Positions 10,305 to 21,969 of a stretch of 41,061 nucleotides of DNA are shown piece by piece. Source of the stretch: Alloascoidea hylecoeti. Its lineage: Eukaryota. The translations under genes and the position numbers were made by a program. The stretch covers positions 1,098,613 through 1,139,673 of the forward strand of contig BCKZ01000001.1 of the NCBI GenBank assembly GCA_001600815.1, written 5' to 3'. Below the pieces are notes generated by a model. That model worked only from the letters and a program-made list of their open reading frames with translations. It was not told where the DNA came from and did no database searches. Position 1 is the first letter of the stretch, and each line of letters begins with the position of its first letter.

Positions 10305-10609
10305 GATGAGATGATTGTTGAGCGCGTGAAAAAAGATTTGAATTTTTCACATTAAAAATATTTTTTTTCTTTTATGCACAATCCGGGTAACACACTCAAT
10401 ATATGAATCACGTGATATTATATTCAGTAATATCAAGCCAAAATTTTTGTACTGTACCAATTCACAAATTCATTCTTGTGAACTATACTGTTATTTTTTA
10501 GGCTCCAGATTATCTATTATTATCATAAGAAGAGAACTGTATTGTAAGTATAAAACTCGTATTTTCAATGGTGTACGGGTGTACTAAACTTTAAACCCAA
10601 TTTGTTTAC
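10305..10609. promoter_or_regulatory. NOP4/CHL4 divergent promoter with PAC, RRPE, Reb1, E-box and forkhead-like sites
   Basis: GATGAG at 10305-10310; TGAAAAATT on the minus strand at 10341-10349; CCGGGTAA at 10383-10390; palindromic ATCACGTGAT at 10407-10416; TGTTTAC at 10603-10609. Confidence 0.65.
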
Positions 10610-10666
10610 ATTTTCAGAAATCTTTAATTTGTTCCAACACCCCGAATAAAGAAAAATAATTATAAA

Positions 10667-12121
10667 ATGTCACGAATAGCAAGAAATAAACCTCTTTCGA
10701 ATACTTTTATTCCTCCACAGGTGAGGAAATACTCCAAAAAATATATATTAAGATTACCACTAAAATCTATATCTGACTTAAGCTTATCATGGCTACAACT
10801 TGGCCCAACTCGTCCAAAACTCTTATCAGATTTAGAAATAGCTGATATTGAAAAACAATTATTATCATTAATCGACAGACCCAATTCAAAAAAAATATTA
10901 ATAGACTTGATCATCAATGTTATATGGTCGGATGGATTTAATTTGCTACAATTATCACAAATCGATTGCCAATGCATAGTCGATAGGCCAAATATACAAT
11001 CGTGGATATCTTCAACTGCTTTTGACTCAAAAGGTAACGAATATTCAATGTCACTGGAGCCACAGAGATTCTTGGAAAAGTTAACAGTTGATTTAAACCC
11101 ATTATTCAAAGTCCATATCTATATTGCAAGACATCCTCATTTACCATTAATTATCATAAGAATCCAAGTCTTTGATACTCAATCATTTTTACCATTTTCT
11201 GAAAAGCAATCACTATCTGTTAGAAAAACTACAATTTCTTCAAGGAAACCATTTTTTGTTGGATTACCACAAAATTCATCACATATAATACACAGTCCAG
11301 GATCCGATTTAGTTTCGAAAATTATAATACAATCAATTGAGAGATCTGTATCAACATCAAACACACAAATTAAATTAAAACAAGATACTAATATACCAAT
11401 CAAATCAATTGAATCATTGCATATACTAAAAGGAGTTTCAAGATTTTCTTGTTCTTTAGGATGTTGGAATCCTTACGCGGAAAATAATGTCGATAAATCA
11501 CCTTTATCTAGTCTTAGTGGAAATATAATTGGTGAAAATAGTAAACAAAAATTAGATAATAATACCAACGAAAAGGAAAAACAAGATATCAAGAGAAGAA
11601 AACTCGCTAATTTAAGATTCACTGGATCAATAAATAAACGAAATTCACAACATTTTAAAGATGGGAAATCAATTCAAATATATGAAACTGTTAGGCCGCC
11701 GAAGAAAACATTACAAGAATTAAGGAAAGGAAGAGGCGAAAATGACGCAAGTGATGTTGATAATTCTGATGATGATGACGATGACGATGATGATCTTTTT
11801 CTCGATAAAAATATTAGATTACAACCTTTTTTCACAAGACAGATCGAGAATGAATTTTCTACCCCAGTTCCTATACAATTTACACAATTTACATTGAATG
11901 AAGCTATCCATAAACATAATAAACCGGACGAATTTCTTAATGCTTCACTGCCAAACGTAAACATTAGTCTACAAGGTAATGATATTTACGGTGGTATTTA
12001 TGAATTTGCTGTAAAAAATATTGCAGATGTTAAGCAAATACCCGGATGGTTAACTGGAGAGGAAGGCTCAAAATCTGGGCAGATTAATAAAGGAAGAGTA
12101 ATTGCTTATGAAAAGGATTAA
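10667..12121 (+). CDS. CHL4: Inner kinetochore protein Chl4/CENP-N, 484 aa
   Basis: W-x-DGFNLLQLSQIDCQ, HPHLPLIIIRIQVFD, LHILKGVSRFSCSLGCWNPYA...DKSPL and C-terminal IPGWLTGEEG are typical of the CENP-N/Chl4 family. Confidence 0.92.
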   Translation: MSRIARNKPLSNTFIPPQVRKYSKKYILRLPLKSISDLSLSWLQLGPTRPKLLSDLEIADIEKQLLSLIDRPNSKKILIDLIINVIWSDGFNLLQLSQIDCQCIVDRPNIQSWISSTAFDSKGNEYSMSLEPQRFLEKLTVDLNPLFKVHIYIARHPHLPLIIIRIQVFDTQSFLPFSEKQSLSVRKTTISSRKPFFVGLPQNSSHIIHSPGSDLVSKIIIQSIERSVSTSNTQIKLKQDTNIPIKSIESLHILKGVSRFSCSLGCWNPYAENNVDKSPLSSLSGNIIGENSKQKLDNNTNEKEKQDIKRRKLANLRFTGSINKRNSQHFKDGKSIQIYETVRPPKKTLQELRKGRGENDASDVDNSDDDDDDDDDLFLDKNIRLQPFFTRQIENEFSTPVPIQFTQFTLNEAIHKHNKPDEFLNASLPNVNISLQGNDIYGGIYEFAVKNIADVKQIPGWLTGEEGSKSGQINKGRVIAYEKD

Positions 12122-12901
12122 ATTTTTGAAAGAAAAATTATTAGTAGTACTACTGCGTTTAGCTACATAGTGATTATTGTTACTATTATAATAAGCTAGC
12201 TAAAGTAAACAGAGATACAATGCAGTCTTTCTATGGTACCATTCATAACGCTATTTTCGAAAATAAATGTAGTGTAGCTGTACTCCGTTTTGAAGCTCTG
12301 ACTTGCGGTGTAAGTTTTGTTCTCGACTATAAAACTAGTATAAACTAATAACTACTCGTAAAGTAAAGTTATGTTTAATTCAGGGTTTTTAAAAGACCGT
12401 TTTGGCAGACATAATAAGTATGTGCGAATATTCAATGCGAGGAGACCGAAATTAAGTGAGATGACTGGTCGAATTTTAGAATCATATGGCCGAGTTATTA
12501 ATTTAAAAGTTGAGCGAATATAGGTCAACAAGTGGTCGATATTAACGCAAAACACTGTATTAACGAACATCATGATCATAGTACCAATCATATTGTGAAT
12601 TTGTCTATGGATGTCTATTTGACATAATGAAGTGTTTAGATCGGTTTTTTTTTCGTCTTCATATTAATATTGTCTACAAATATAATTATAAGTTATATTT
12701 CTCCAAAATAACTCCACGAAAAGGTCGTAAATGAAATGAATTTAATAACTCTAATTAAAATATGTTAATAAAATTAATTTTTAATAAATTATTAAATAAA
12801 AACATGTTTAGTATTAAAATCAACTCATGCTCCTTCTATCAGGAGTAGCAGATCGATCAAGCGATCTATAAATCTATATAATATTTAGAATCATAGTTTT
12901 A

Positions 12902-14698
12902 TTAATTTGTTAAGGAATAGTTTACTCCAGCCCGTGGTGCATTAACTATGATACCCATTAAAATCCCAGATATTAAGCCAGCACAAGGTAACGTGAAAAT
13001 CCAGCCTAAATAACACCATGTAACCATTCTCCAATTAACTGCTTTAATATCTTTGTTGCATAAACCAACGACAACAACTGCTCCGACAATGCATTGAGTA
13101 GTTGAAACTGGAATACTTAATCTTGTAGCAAAGACCGTTGTAACTGCTGCCCCGAGCTCCATTGAAAATCCTCTTGCTGGGGATTGTAATGTTAACCTAT
13201 TTCCTAAATTTCTCATAATGTTGTATCCATAAGTCCATAAACCAATAACTAAAGCTGCAGCTGCATAACATAAAACCCATACAGGAACATCAGCTTTTGC
13301 CATTGTTTTATTATGTTTCCATACCAAATAAATTGTTGATAAGGGACTGCAAGCATTTGAAATATCATTTGATCCATGAGCAAATGAAGCAGTACAAGCA
13401 GTGATAGCTTGCAAAAATGTGTATAGATGTTCAGTTTTATTGTCATATTTCTTTGCTCTCTCATGCATATCACTAACGTCACCGGCTAATCTTGAATGTT
13501 CGTTTTGAGATGATAAAACATCAACATCAATACCATGAATGAAAGCTTTCCAAATCATGAGTGGCCATAACTTTGGAGTTACAAGAGCCTTTTTAAAATT
13601 AAATTTTTCAAGCTTTTCAAGTTTTGGATGTATATTGGTTTGTGGGAGTTCCTCGTTAGTCTCTACAGCTAACTTCTTACCTAGTTCCTTTTCCTCATCG
13701 GTAATACTATTAGAGTATTCCATTACATCACCAGAACTATTGCTATTGTTCTGAGGACTAGGACCGCCTGTAGCTCCAATTACACCAATATCGCCAGCTA
13801 ATCTGGCAGCTTGAATTTCCTCTTCAGTTCTTCGACCTTCATAATAGTCGATAATAATATTATGTTGTTCTCCAGCTGGAATAGGAGGAACATCACCACG
13901 TCTCCAAAGAAGAGGACCTAAAATAACATGATACTTCTTCAAAGTCCAATCTTCTAGCACTAATAATCTGTATAAGAAAGGGTACCAGAAGAGGAAGTAT
14001 AAAATCACGGAGACGGCTCCAACTCCAAAAATACTCCCAACAGTTGCTCCAGTAGATAACTTATCTAACTTTAAATTTGGTGCTCCTTTCCAGACAATAA
14101 CCATAGTCAAAACAGAAAATGTAAGAAAGAAGTAGACTGGGATGATATAAAATGCGTTTCTTAAAGAATTCTTTCTTTCAAGAACAGTATACTTGGTAAA
14201 CATAAACAATATACCAGCAAAAGCGCCAGCAATAGCGGGAGCAATAAACCAAGATGCAACAATTTGAGAAAATCCACCCCAGCCCCATTGAACTCCATCA
14301 GCTCCATTAGCAGCAATACCTGCACCAATGATAGCACCAACTATTGAATGTGTTGTGGAAACAGGTGCACCAATCCTCGTAGCCAGAGAAAGCCAGAGAG
14401 ATGATCCAACCAAAGCACAAGCCATGGCTAACATCAACACAGCAGGCTTATCTTCAAATAAATCGATATCAATAATATTGTTTCTTATTGTAGCACTGAC
14501 TCTACTCCCGGCCAATACAGCACCCAGAAATTCGCAAATACCACCCAAAACCATAGCCTGCCAATACTTCAGCGCTCTTGAAGATACGGAAGTAGCAAAA
14601 GAATTAGCAACATCATTAGCGCCAATATTCCAAGCATCTAAGAAGGCAAACAACATGCTTATGGCAAAAACATAGTCAAATTGATGGAGTGCAATCAT
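12902..14698 (-). CDS. PHO89: Na+/Pi symporter Pho89 (PiT family), 598 aa
   Basis: MIALHQFDYVFAISMLFAFLDAWNIGANDVANSF, PVSTTHS, FAHGSNDISN and PVSTTQC. The ORF-track start at 14704 is GTG; the first ATG is at 14698. Confidence 0.97.
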   Translation of the reverse strand: MIALHQFDYVFAISMLFAFLDAWNIGANDVANSFATSVSSRALKYWQAMVLGGICEFLGAVLAGSRVSATIRNNIIDIDLFEDKPAVLMLAMACALVGSSLWLSLATRIGAPVSTTHSIVGAIIGAGIAANGADGVQWGWGGFSQIVASWFIAPAIAGAFAGILFMFTKYTVLERKNSLRNAFYIIPVYFFLTFSVLTMVIVWKGAPNLKLDKLSTGATVGSIFGVGAVSVILYFLFWYPFLYRLLVLEDWTLKKYHVILGPLLWRRGDVPPIPAGEQHNIIIDYYEGRRTEEEIQAARLAGDIGVIGATGGPSPQNNSNSSGDVMEYSNSITDEEKELGKKLAVETNEELPQTNIHPKLEKLEKFNFKKALVTPKLWPLMIWKAFIHGIDVDVLSSQNEHSRLAGDVSDMHERAKKYDNKTEHLYTFLQAITACTASFAHGSNDISNACSPLSTIYLVWKHNKTMAKADVPVWVLCYAAAALVIGLWTYGYNIMRNLGNRLTLQSPARGFSMELGAAVTTVFATRLSIPVSTTQCIVGAVVVVGLCNKDIKAVNWRMVTWCYLGWIFTLPCAGLISGILMGIIVNAPRAGVNYSLTN

Positions 14699-14947
14699 TT
14701 TCACTTGAAACTAATTGCAAAGTTTTGAAAGGAAATAATTGTAAAGGGCTGAAAGATGGTTTTCTGGAAATCTTCATCGTTATATATTTATATATCAGTT
14801 TCTATATTTCATGGTCATCATACTGTAACAGTGTAACATATAGCTATACCATTATGTTGAGCCTGTACTGAATTTTGGATTTGAACACATGGGATGGATA
14901 TCGCTATCTTATTTGTTCAATTGTAGTGATAGAGGAAGGTATTTAAT

Positions 14948-15331
14948 CGGCAGGGATGCATATTGTTTTTAGACTTCGGAACAGGGACACAATTTTCCGA
15001 TTGTGTGACAACTTTCCTTGGCAAACAACTAATTATATATGAATGAGCTCTGTTTTATATGTATCAACTGTATGAATGGGGCAAACTGCATATAGTTTAG
15101 AGCGGCAGGGATGCATAGATTGGCCATGTGGGAAGACCCTTTCTTGTGATTGTCTGGCGACTCTCTTGGCAGGCATCAAACCAGCTCCATTATCTGCTTG
15201 TCATTCGGCTATATTAATTAACTTAACTAGTAAGTTTTCAGGCTTGGCAGACACACGTTTTCTTGTCATGCTAATAAAGTTTGGAGTGACAAGATATTTC
15301 TCCACGTGGGAAGACTCTTCGTTGTGATTGT
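14948..15331 (-). promoter_or_regulatory. PHO89 upstream region: three Rim101/PacC sites and two Pho4-type E-boxes
   Basis: TGCCAAG on the minus strand at 15017-15023, 15165-15171 and 15243-15249; CACGTT at 15254-15259; CACGTG at 15303-15308. Confidence 0.7.
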
Positions 15332-15929
15332 TTAGACTCCCCAAGTGAAGACCTCAATTTTCACTAAGTGTAAGCTAATTATGTGTTTATAGTTAATATA
15401 TTGTATTATAGACTGAATCTCAAGTCAAGATTTTTCCTTTTACTGCTCATCTAATTTAGATCTACTTCAAATGTACGTAGAATTTCCCTCCTAGATAGGA
15501 TAGACAGAGAAATTTATTTATACAGATGTTGAAATATAGAACTTGATACTTAAGAGGTTTATTAAAGCGATACCTTGCAACATTATCTTATTATTGCTAA
15601 ATTAATACTAATTAAGCTATTACCAAGAGACTAGCTAATTATTACGATCGAAATATACATGCAGGTATAAGATCTCATAGTGCTATAGGGTGAGGTTGCA
15701 ATTTACAAATTTAAATTAAACGTTAACAAGTTAAATCCATATCACACGACCTCTAGCAGTTCCCATATGCTATTTAAAATTATGGTATTTATATAATAAT
15801 AATATCTACTAATCCATACTTACAATTGTATATTCTATGCCAAAACAGATAACATATGCAGTTATCACCACAATTAATTGTGCCTATATTTAGCATGAGT
15901 GGAATTCCTTGTCACAAGTTCGAAAACTG

Positions 15930-18900
15930 TTAGGAACTTTGTGTATCCAACATGCTCCTTATATCACGAACTTCTTCCACAATTCTATCAACCAAAGCAT
16001 TGCTTCCGTCCTTGGTCTCTTGCTCCGATAACTTTGCCTCTTCTGCGTTATTAGATACTACACGTGATGCTAAGAATTTTGGATGGGTAAGTAGATAATC
16101 TAATCTGTCAGCCAAATCTTGTTTGTTATAATTAATATGTCCCGAGGGTAATGTTGCCCCGTTGTGTTGTGGCTGACTCTGTCCATCAAACCCTTTCCGA
16201 GATCCGTTAGATGAAGGAAGATGCAGGCTAGAATTCTCTCTGCTGGCAACTTCTTTTATCTTTGAGTCAATGAATACTTGTCCGGTATATTCTCCCCCGC
16301 CAGTTTGATTATCTAACACAGATAACAATTCAATTAATATCACAATTTGACTTGTTTCGACAACGGTTGAAATACTTAGAATCAAATTGTCTCGGTTCCA
16401 ACCTTTCAAAGCATATTCAATTTGATTGCTATAAAATTTTAAAAACATTGCTATCTCTGGTATTAGACGACTACCTATTTTAGATAGTAAACTAGCAACA
16501 AGTGTTAGCATTCGACACCAAATAGAATGAAGTCTAGCTGCTGGGTTACTACTGGTAGGTTTAATACCTCCCTGTTGTATCATAGTAGCAATTGGACTTT
16601 CAACCAGCATTGAAAACAAACCATTTACAATTAAATGTTCTGCGATTATATCAACAGATGCTAATTCCAGTATTAATAGTAGAGATAGTTCACCAAAAAC
16701 AGGATCCCCATTAATCGCCAACTGATGAGAGCAAGAAAATAATGTCATAATTGAAATGGCCGTGTGCGTTTCTGAAATCATTGTGGCCATACTAGAAAGA
16801 AACCCACGAGAGGGATTTAGTGTCAATACTTTAGTAAGGACGGATATTATTTGAGTTAAATCTTCAGTAAAAAAACTTGTAATTCCAACACCATTATCAT
16901 CGCTTGAAATTTGTGCATTACCATTAATTTGAATTGTAGAGGAAGAATTTATATGAGATTTATTTTCAATTGTGGTAACCAAAGTTTTAATACCTTTTGC
17001 AACAACGGTTTCAACAAGATCAGACAAACAACCACCACTTCCCCCTTGAAACGCAACCTTACTGTCTTTTTGTAAGCTATCTAATAAGATAATAATAATT
17101 CGAAGTAAGAAGCGACAAACTCTAGTGTCACCTTTCCGTAGTGACTCTAAATAGTTCAAATCAGTAGATACCAATAATGCTGTTGCTTCAACAAGACCAG
17201 CTTTACTATCAACGGGTAATAATGAACGTGAAATGTTATAATATAAAAAAAATGATAACTGTAACCTTTCATCAAAGACATCTTTAAAAAGTGGAACAGG
17301 TATACCATTTTCTGTATTAAATCTTAAACATAATTTAGCTATTGTTGCTAATAATTGTAAACTATCCCCACTAGATTTATCTTTCTTTTGGATTACAGTT
17401 GTACATAATGTCGATATTAATGCTCCCCATGCTTTTGCAGCTTTGAGCTGAACAGAAGTATATAACAGATTCAAGTTAGCTTCTCTAATTTCTTCTCTAT
17501 AATCTTCCCAGTTGGGATCTGATTCAAATACATGGTTCATTAGCCCCAAGTCATAAACAAAACCATGATTATATTCTTTCTTGAAAAGGGAAGTACGTGA
17601 GAACTGAATCAGATTAAATCCCTTCCATTGATTTTCAAAATTTCGGTGTAGGTTTGCATGTAATGATGCTCTATAGCCCGTAATATTTAAAAATTTGCGT
17701 GACAAAGCTAATAATTTACCTCCATTATTCATTAAGAATGAAAGAATTGGTTTAACCTCAGAACTATTGAGACCCTTATGTAATTGTAATGCACATATTT
17801 CGGCAGTTTTAGCAGCAATATAATATTTATATGAAATTTCAATGGTTTCATCTTCTGTAATTGGGTCACTAGGATTTGGTTCATCAAAGTTGCAAATGTA
17901 GTCAAAGTTATCAAGAATTGAACGAATAAAATCAGAATTATCAAATTTTGAGGTCCACGTATTATGTGCTAAAGATATCGCGTCTAATAACTTTGATGCT
18001 ACTCGAACGTTTAATTTGCTGATATTAGCTGATTTTTCTAACAATTTTAATATCGATGTGTTATCATTACCATTTGAACTATTATCATGTTGAATTTTAT
18101 CGTTTCTAGATTTTCGAATATCTCTTCCACTAACAAGTAAAATTGAAAGACCCTCTTGTTTACTTTCAACCAAAGCTGCAAAAAATCCATATAATAAAAG
18201 CTTTAATGATTCATCCAGTAAAGTATTTTTGACTGTTGAACTTAATACAGTTAATAATACTTGAGAATGAAAAGAACCTAAATGTGCTAATAGAGAAGGT
18301 GGTTCATATGGCCAGGAAGCGCTAACTAAGTTCTCCAATAATTCAAAAATTGGAACTCTTAGGTCAGCATAACCAATATAAATCATTATTAATTGTGGGG
18401 CCTTTGAGTATATTCTTTTCTCTAAAGATGATGGTGGTAAATTTGATAGTGAACGAACTCTAATCATCTTTGAAATAAAGTTTAAGATTGAATTTAACCA
18501 ACGTAAGGACCATATTCCAGACATGTCACCAGTTTGAAAAGTAAGTAAAGATTTTGCAATATTATCGATAGCACTTAATAATGGCTCAGCACTTCTCACT
18601 TCAGGGATATTTGGTTCTAAAAACACATTTACTAATAAAGTAGCAGATGTTGCAAATACTTTAAAAGGTCTTTGATTTAATTTTTTCTGGCCATCAATAC
18701 CAAAACTTGTAATAATAATTTTTTCAAAAAGTTGTAAAACTTTAGTACCAATTTTCTGTAATTGATATGGTTGTGTTAAAAATCTCCAATACATGAAACT
18801 CTCAAATACTTGAACTAAATGAACAACAAATTTGTAGAGAACCTCACTTTTTAAAGTTACAGATACTCTCGAAAAATTGTCAAAATTTGCTGCATTTGCA

Positions 18901-21279
18901 ATGCAATCATCCACTAATTTATCGATGAGTTCAATTAAAGTTAATGTAAAACCAAAATCACCATTAACGATTTCAACAGCAGCAAGAATTGATTCGGCGA
19001 AACCACCTCTACCATTTCTTTCCAATAACCCACTTCTCGATAAATAAGGCCAAACCCTATGGGGATAAAGTGGTGTCAAAGCTGTGAAAAATTGAAGAGA
19101 TGCAATAGCTAAATTTACTTTCCGACACTGCAATGATTCATCCAAAATTCTTAAAACAATATCAACGATATCACCAGTACCCATAGCTAATAATTTTGAA
19201 CACAAAGTTAGGACCTCTGATGTAAATTCAATTGGTCTTGTTTCCCCTACCTTTAAAACATTACTAATAACCTCCAAAATATCAACAACCAGGCTCTCAT
19301 CAACATTTTCACCTAGTGTAAAGTTTTCCAATATTCTACCAAGTAAAATCCAGCCATTGTATTCATAAAACCAAATAGTTATAGCAGATTTAGTTTCGCT
19401 TGGCATAATTTTACCCCTTGTACCTTGTGGAACAATAATTGCACCATCATGATCATCTTCTCTTGGATTAAACACACATAAATCAGATTGTAAAACAATA
19501 ACTTCTGGATCATCATCAGACGTTTCATAATCTGTGAAATATGATGGTAATTGGCGCATAAAACTATTCATATTATTCAATTCATTAACAGCTAAATCAG
19601 CATCAATTTTTAATAATTTTAAAAATGGTTGAAAAGCAATTGGAACTTTTGATTTTGATAACAACAATGCTCGCTTCGTAAATGGTTCTAATAAAAAATG
19701 AGAAACCATTGCATCTGGGCCATCGGTAACAACATTTGCAATTGTATCAGATATAGATGTTGTTAAAGAGACATAAGGAAGACTTGCAGCTAATAATGAT
19801 GCTAACACTGTTGTGTATATACTATCGAAGGATAAAGTATCATGACATCTGCCAATGACTGTATAGACATCGTTAGATAATGAATGATTTGCTAATCTTG
19901 AAGCGATAGCTCCTAAATCCGTTATTCCAGTGGATCTGAATTGTGTATCTTGCGATCGATTTTCATATAAAATAATTGATTTCCTATGTATGATAAAACT
20001 CCAAGCAAAAGTAATCAGTGGGCTTGATAGATTTGAAGTGATACATTTATTAATGAAATTAAAATCATCTGGATTATTTAAAAATGAATCAGATTCAAGA
20101 TCAGAAAAATCTTGTTCGAGATCTAGAATCGTTAAACTTGCTATAGATAATAGAGAATTGATAGTAATAAGTGATTCCTTCGGAATTGACTGCTGTGGTA
20201 TTAAAGAGCCAAATGAAATTGAGTTCATTGTATTAAACCAGTCAGCCACGCTATTTGAAGATGATGGTGTATTAATTATTAATGTGATTGTTAATTTCAA
20301 CAATTCAATTATAAATAAATAAGTCTCCGAGAAAACAAGTTTATTTGAAATGATTGCATTCTCATTTAACATATCAGTTAAATGTATAATAGCCAAAAAA
20401 CAATAATATGTAATGTTTTCTTTAGTTAAAATTTCAATTGCGTATTTTTTCGCTATTATAGCTTTTAGCATTTCATCATTTTTGTTATCACTTGAATCAT
20501 CTCGCGAATTATTATCATCATCATCATCATCATCGTTAATATTAGCATCAAGACCCAATTTAATCAAGTAATTAACTAATTTTACGATATTCCGTCTTTC
20601 TGTGAAAATTTTTCTCGTATATAGTTGCATTCTTTCAGTTTGTAATTTTTTTTCCTTTTCTGATTTGCCAATTGATGATTCTACGCGTCCAAAAGTTGGT
20701 TTTGCTGTTTCTTTTGAAGTTTTACCATTCTCAGTATTATTAACATTTCCAGATTCTTTTTCTTTCGTATCAGTTTCCTTATTGTTATTATCGGATTTTT
20801 CAAAATTATAACCAAATTCATCTTGCGAACAATTGACAAGTTTCTCTAATTGTGCGGCCACGCGAATTAATTCAAATTTATCTAATGCAAAGGCTTCAGA
20901 TAATTTTTCACAATCTTCTTTTACATGTTTTGTAATATGATTATAAGTAATATCATGTAAAGCTAATGAATATTCATTTGTTCCCGTAACTTCTTTTAAG
21001 GATACAGATGATTTTTCACTACTTAAATGTTTTTGTCTTTTTCGAGATTGCCTAGTGTCTAAATTTTCAAGACTAAAAGTAGAGAACGGATCATAACAAT
21101 GTAGCAAAACATCAATATTTGAATTCAAAAACGTATCCAAATCTTTAGTTACAGTAAAATTAGGATTTGTTAAAAGCTGAAGTGCATCTTCAAAAGACCT
21201 ATTTATAAAGTTGATATTAGTTTCTAGTTTTCAATGTTTTCAGCACCTTCAATAGGTAATCATACCATAATGACGACAT
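15930..21279 (-). CDS. NUP188: Nucleoporin Nup188; exons 21279-21266 and 21198-15930, 67-nt intron
   Basis: Large helical protein with YEYNGWILLGRIL, PHRVWPYLSRSGLL, EPPSLLAHLG, GYRASLHANLHRNF, EANLNL and RLHSIW motifs. The track start is TTG. Intron GTATGA...ACTAAT...TAG (21265-21199) gives in-frame MSSLWSFEDALQLL. Confidence 0.9.
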
Positions 21280-21551
21280 TTTCCAATGCTCCTGCTCAGA
21301 ACACGGTTGAAGTTTTAAAAAGTAACAAACAGAGCTCCTGACACTTTTGTTGAACTTTTGTTATTACTTGAATTTTTGTTTGGTGAATTATAAAAACATC
21401 CCTTTGCGCACGTGGTGTTGTTGCATTTATGCGGAAATATTTTTAAAAGGTTCAAATTCATGATGGTCCTTAAACTTAATTTCGGCCATGTGACACACTT
21501 AATATTGGCCCATTCTGAATACTAATTGTCAATTAATTAGAAATTAAAATA

Positions 21552-21969
21552 GTTAATTATTTCCCAGATAAAACGCCAATTTAGTTTTGTGTAAAGCGCT
21601 AATTAATTTCCATCAAAATCGCTAATTTTGTGCTGCACACATCACTAGCTAATTTTCGTGAAATAGCTAATTATCAGTACAATCCGATCGCTAAAATATT
21701 TCATAAGAAGGTGCTAATTATTTCTTGGTGAAAAAGCTAAATAAGTTTCAACTCGAAGACCAGCGAACTGTGTTTACTGGACTGTGTTTACTGGCACACA
21801 ATTTCCCCTGTGGCACGTAAACAATGGCACAATCACACAAATAAATACTAGGAACTATTTTAATTCATCTTCAAAATGAGCGCTAATTAATTCACGGAAA
21901 TATCGCTAACTATAACTAATTCCCACATCGGTTACCTTCGCTAATTAACGATATTCGTAGCATACTAAT
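21552..21969 (+). repeat. Degenerate 23-bp-period array with GCTAAT core
   Basis: Cores at 21552, 21575, 21598, 21621, 21644/21648, 21666, 21690, 21713 and 21736, then 21882, 21905, 21940 and 21964; all in one orientation. Confidence 0.75.
21767..21794. repeat. 14-bp tandem duplication ACTGTGTTTACTGG x2
   Basis: Exact; each copy carries the forkhead-type TGTTTAC. Confidence 0.85.

Noticed and set aside
10407..10520. TCACGTG followed by AT-rich DNA as a point centromere CDEI-CDEII
   Set aside because: No CDEIII-like CCG element at the expected distance, and it sits in a short bidirectional promoter.
21552..21760. CRISPR-like or telomeric reading of the 23-bp array
   Set aside because: Eukaryotic context, 6-bp core only, no cas genes, and not a G-rich telomere-type unit.
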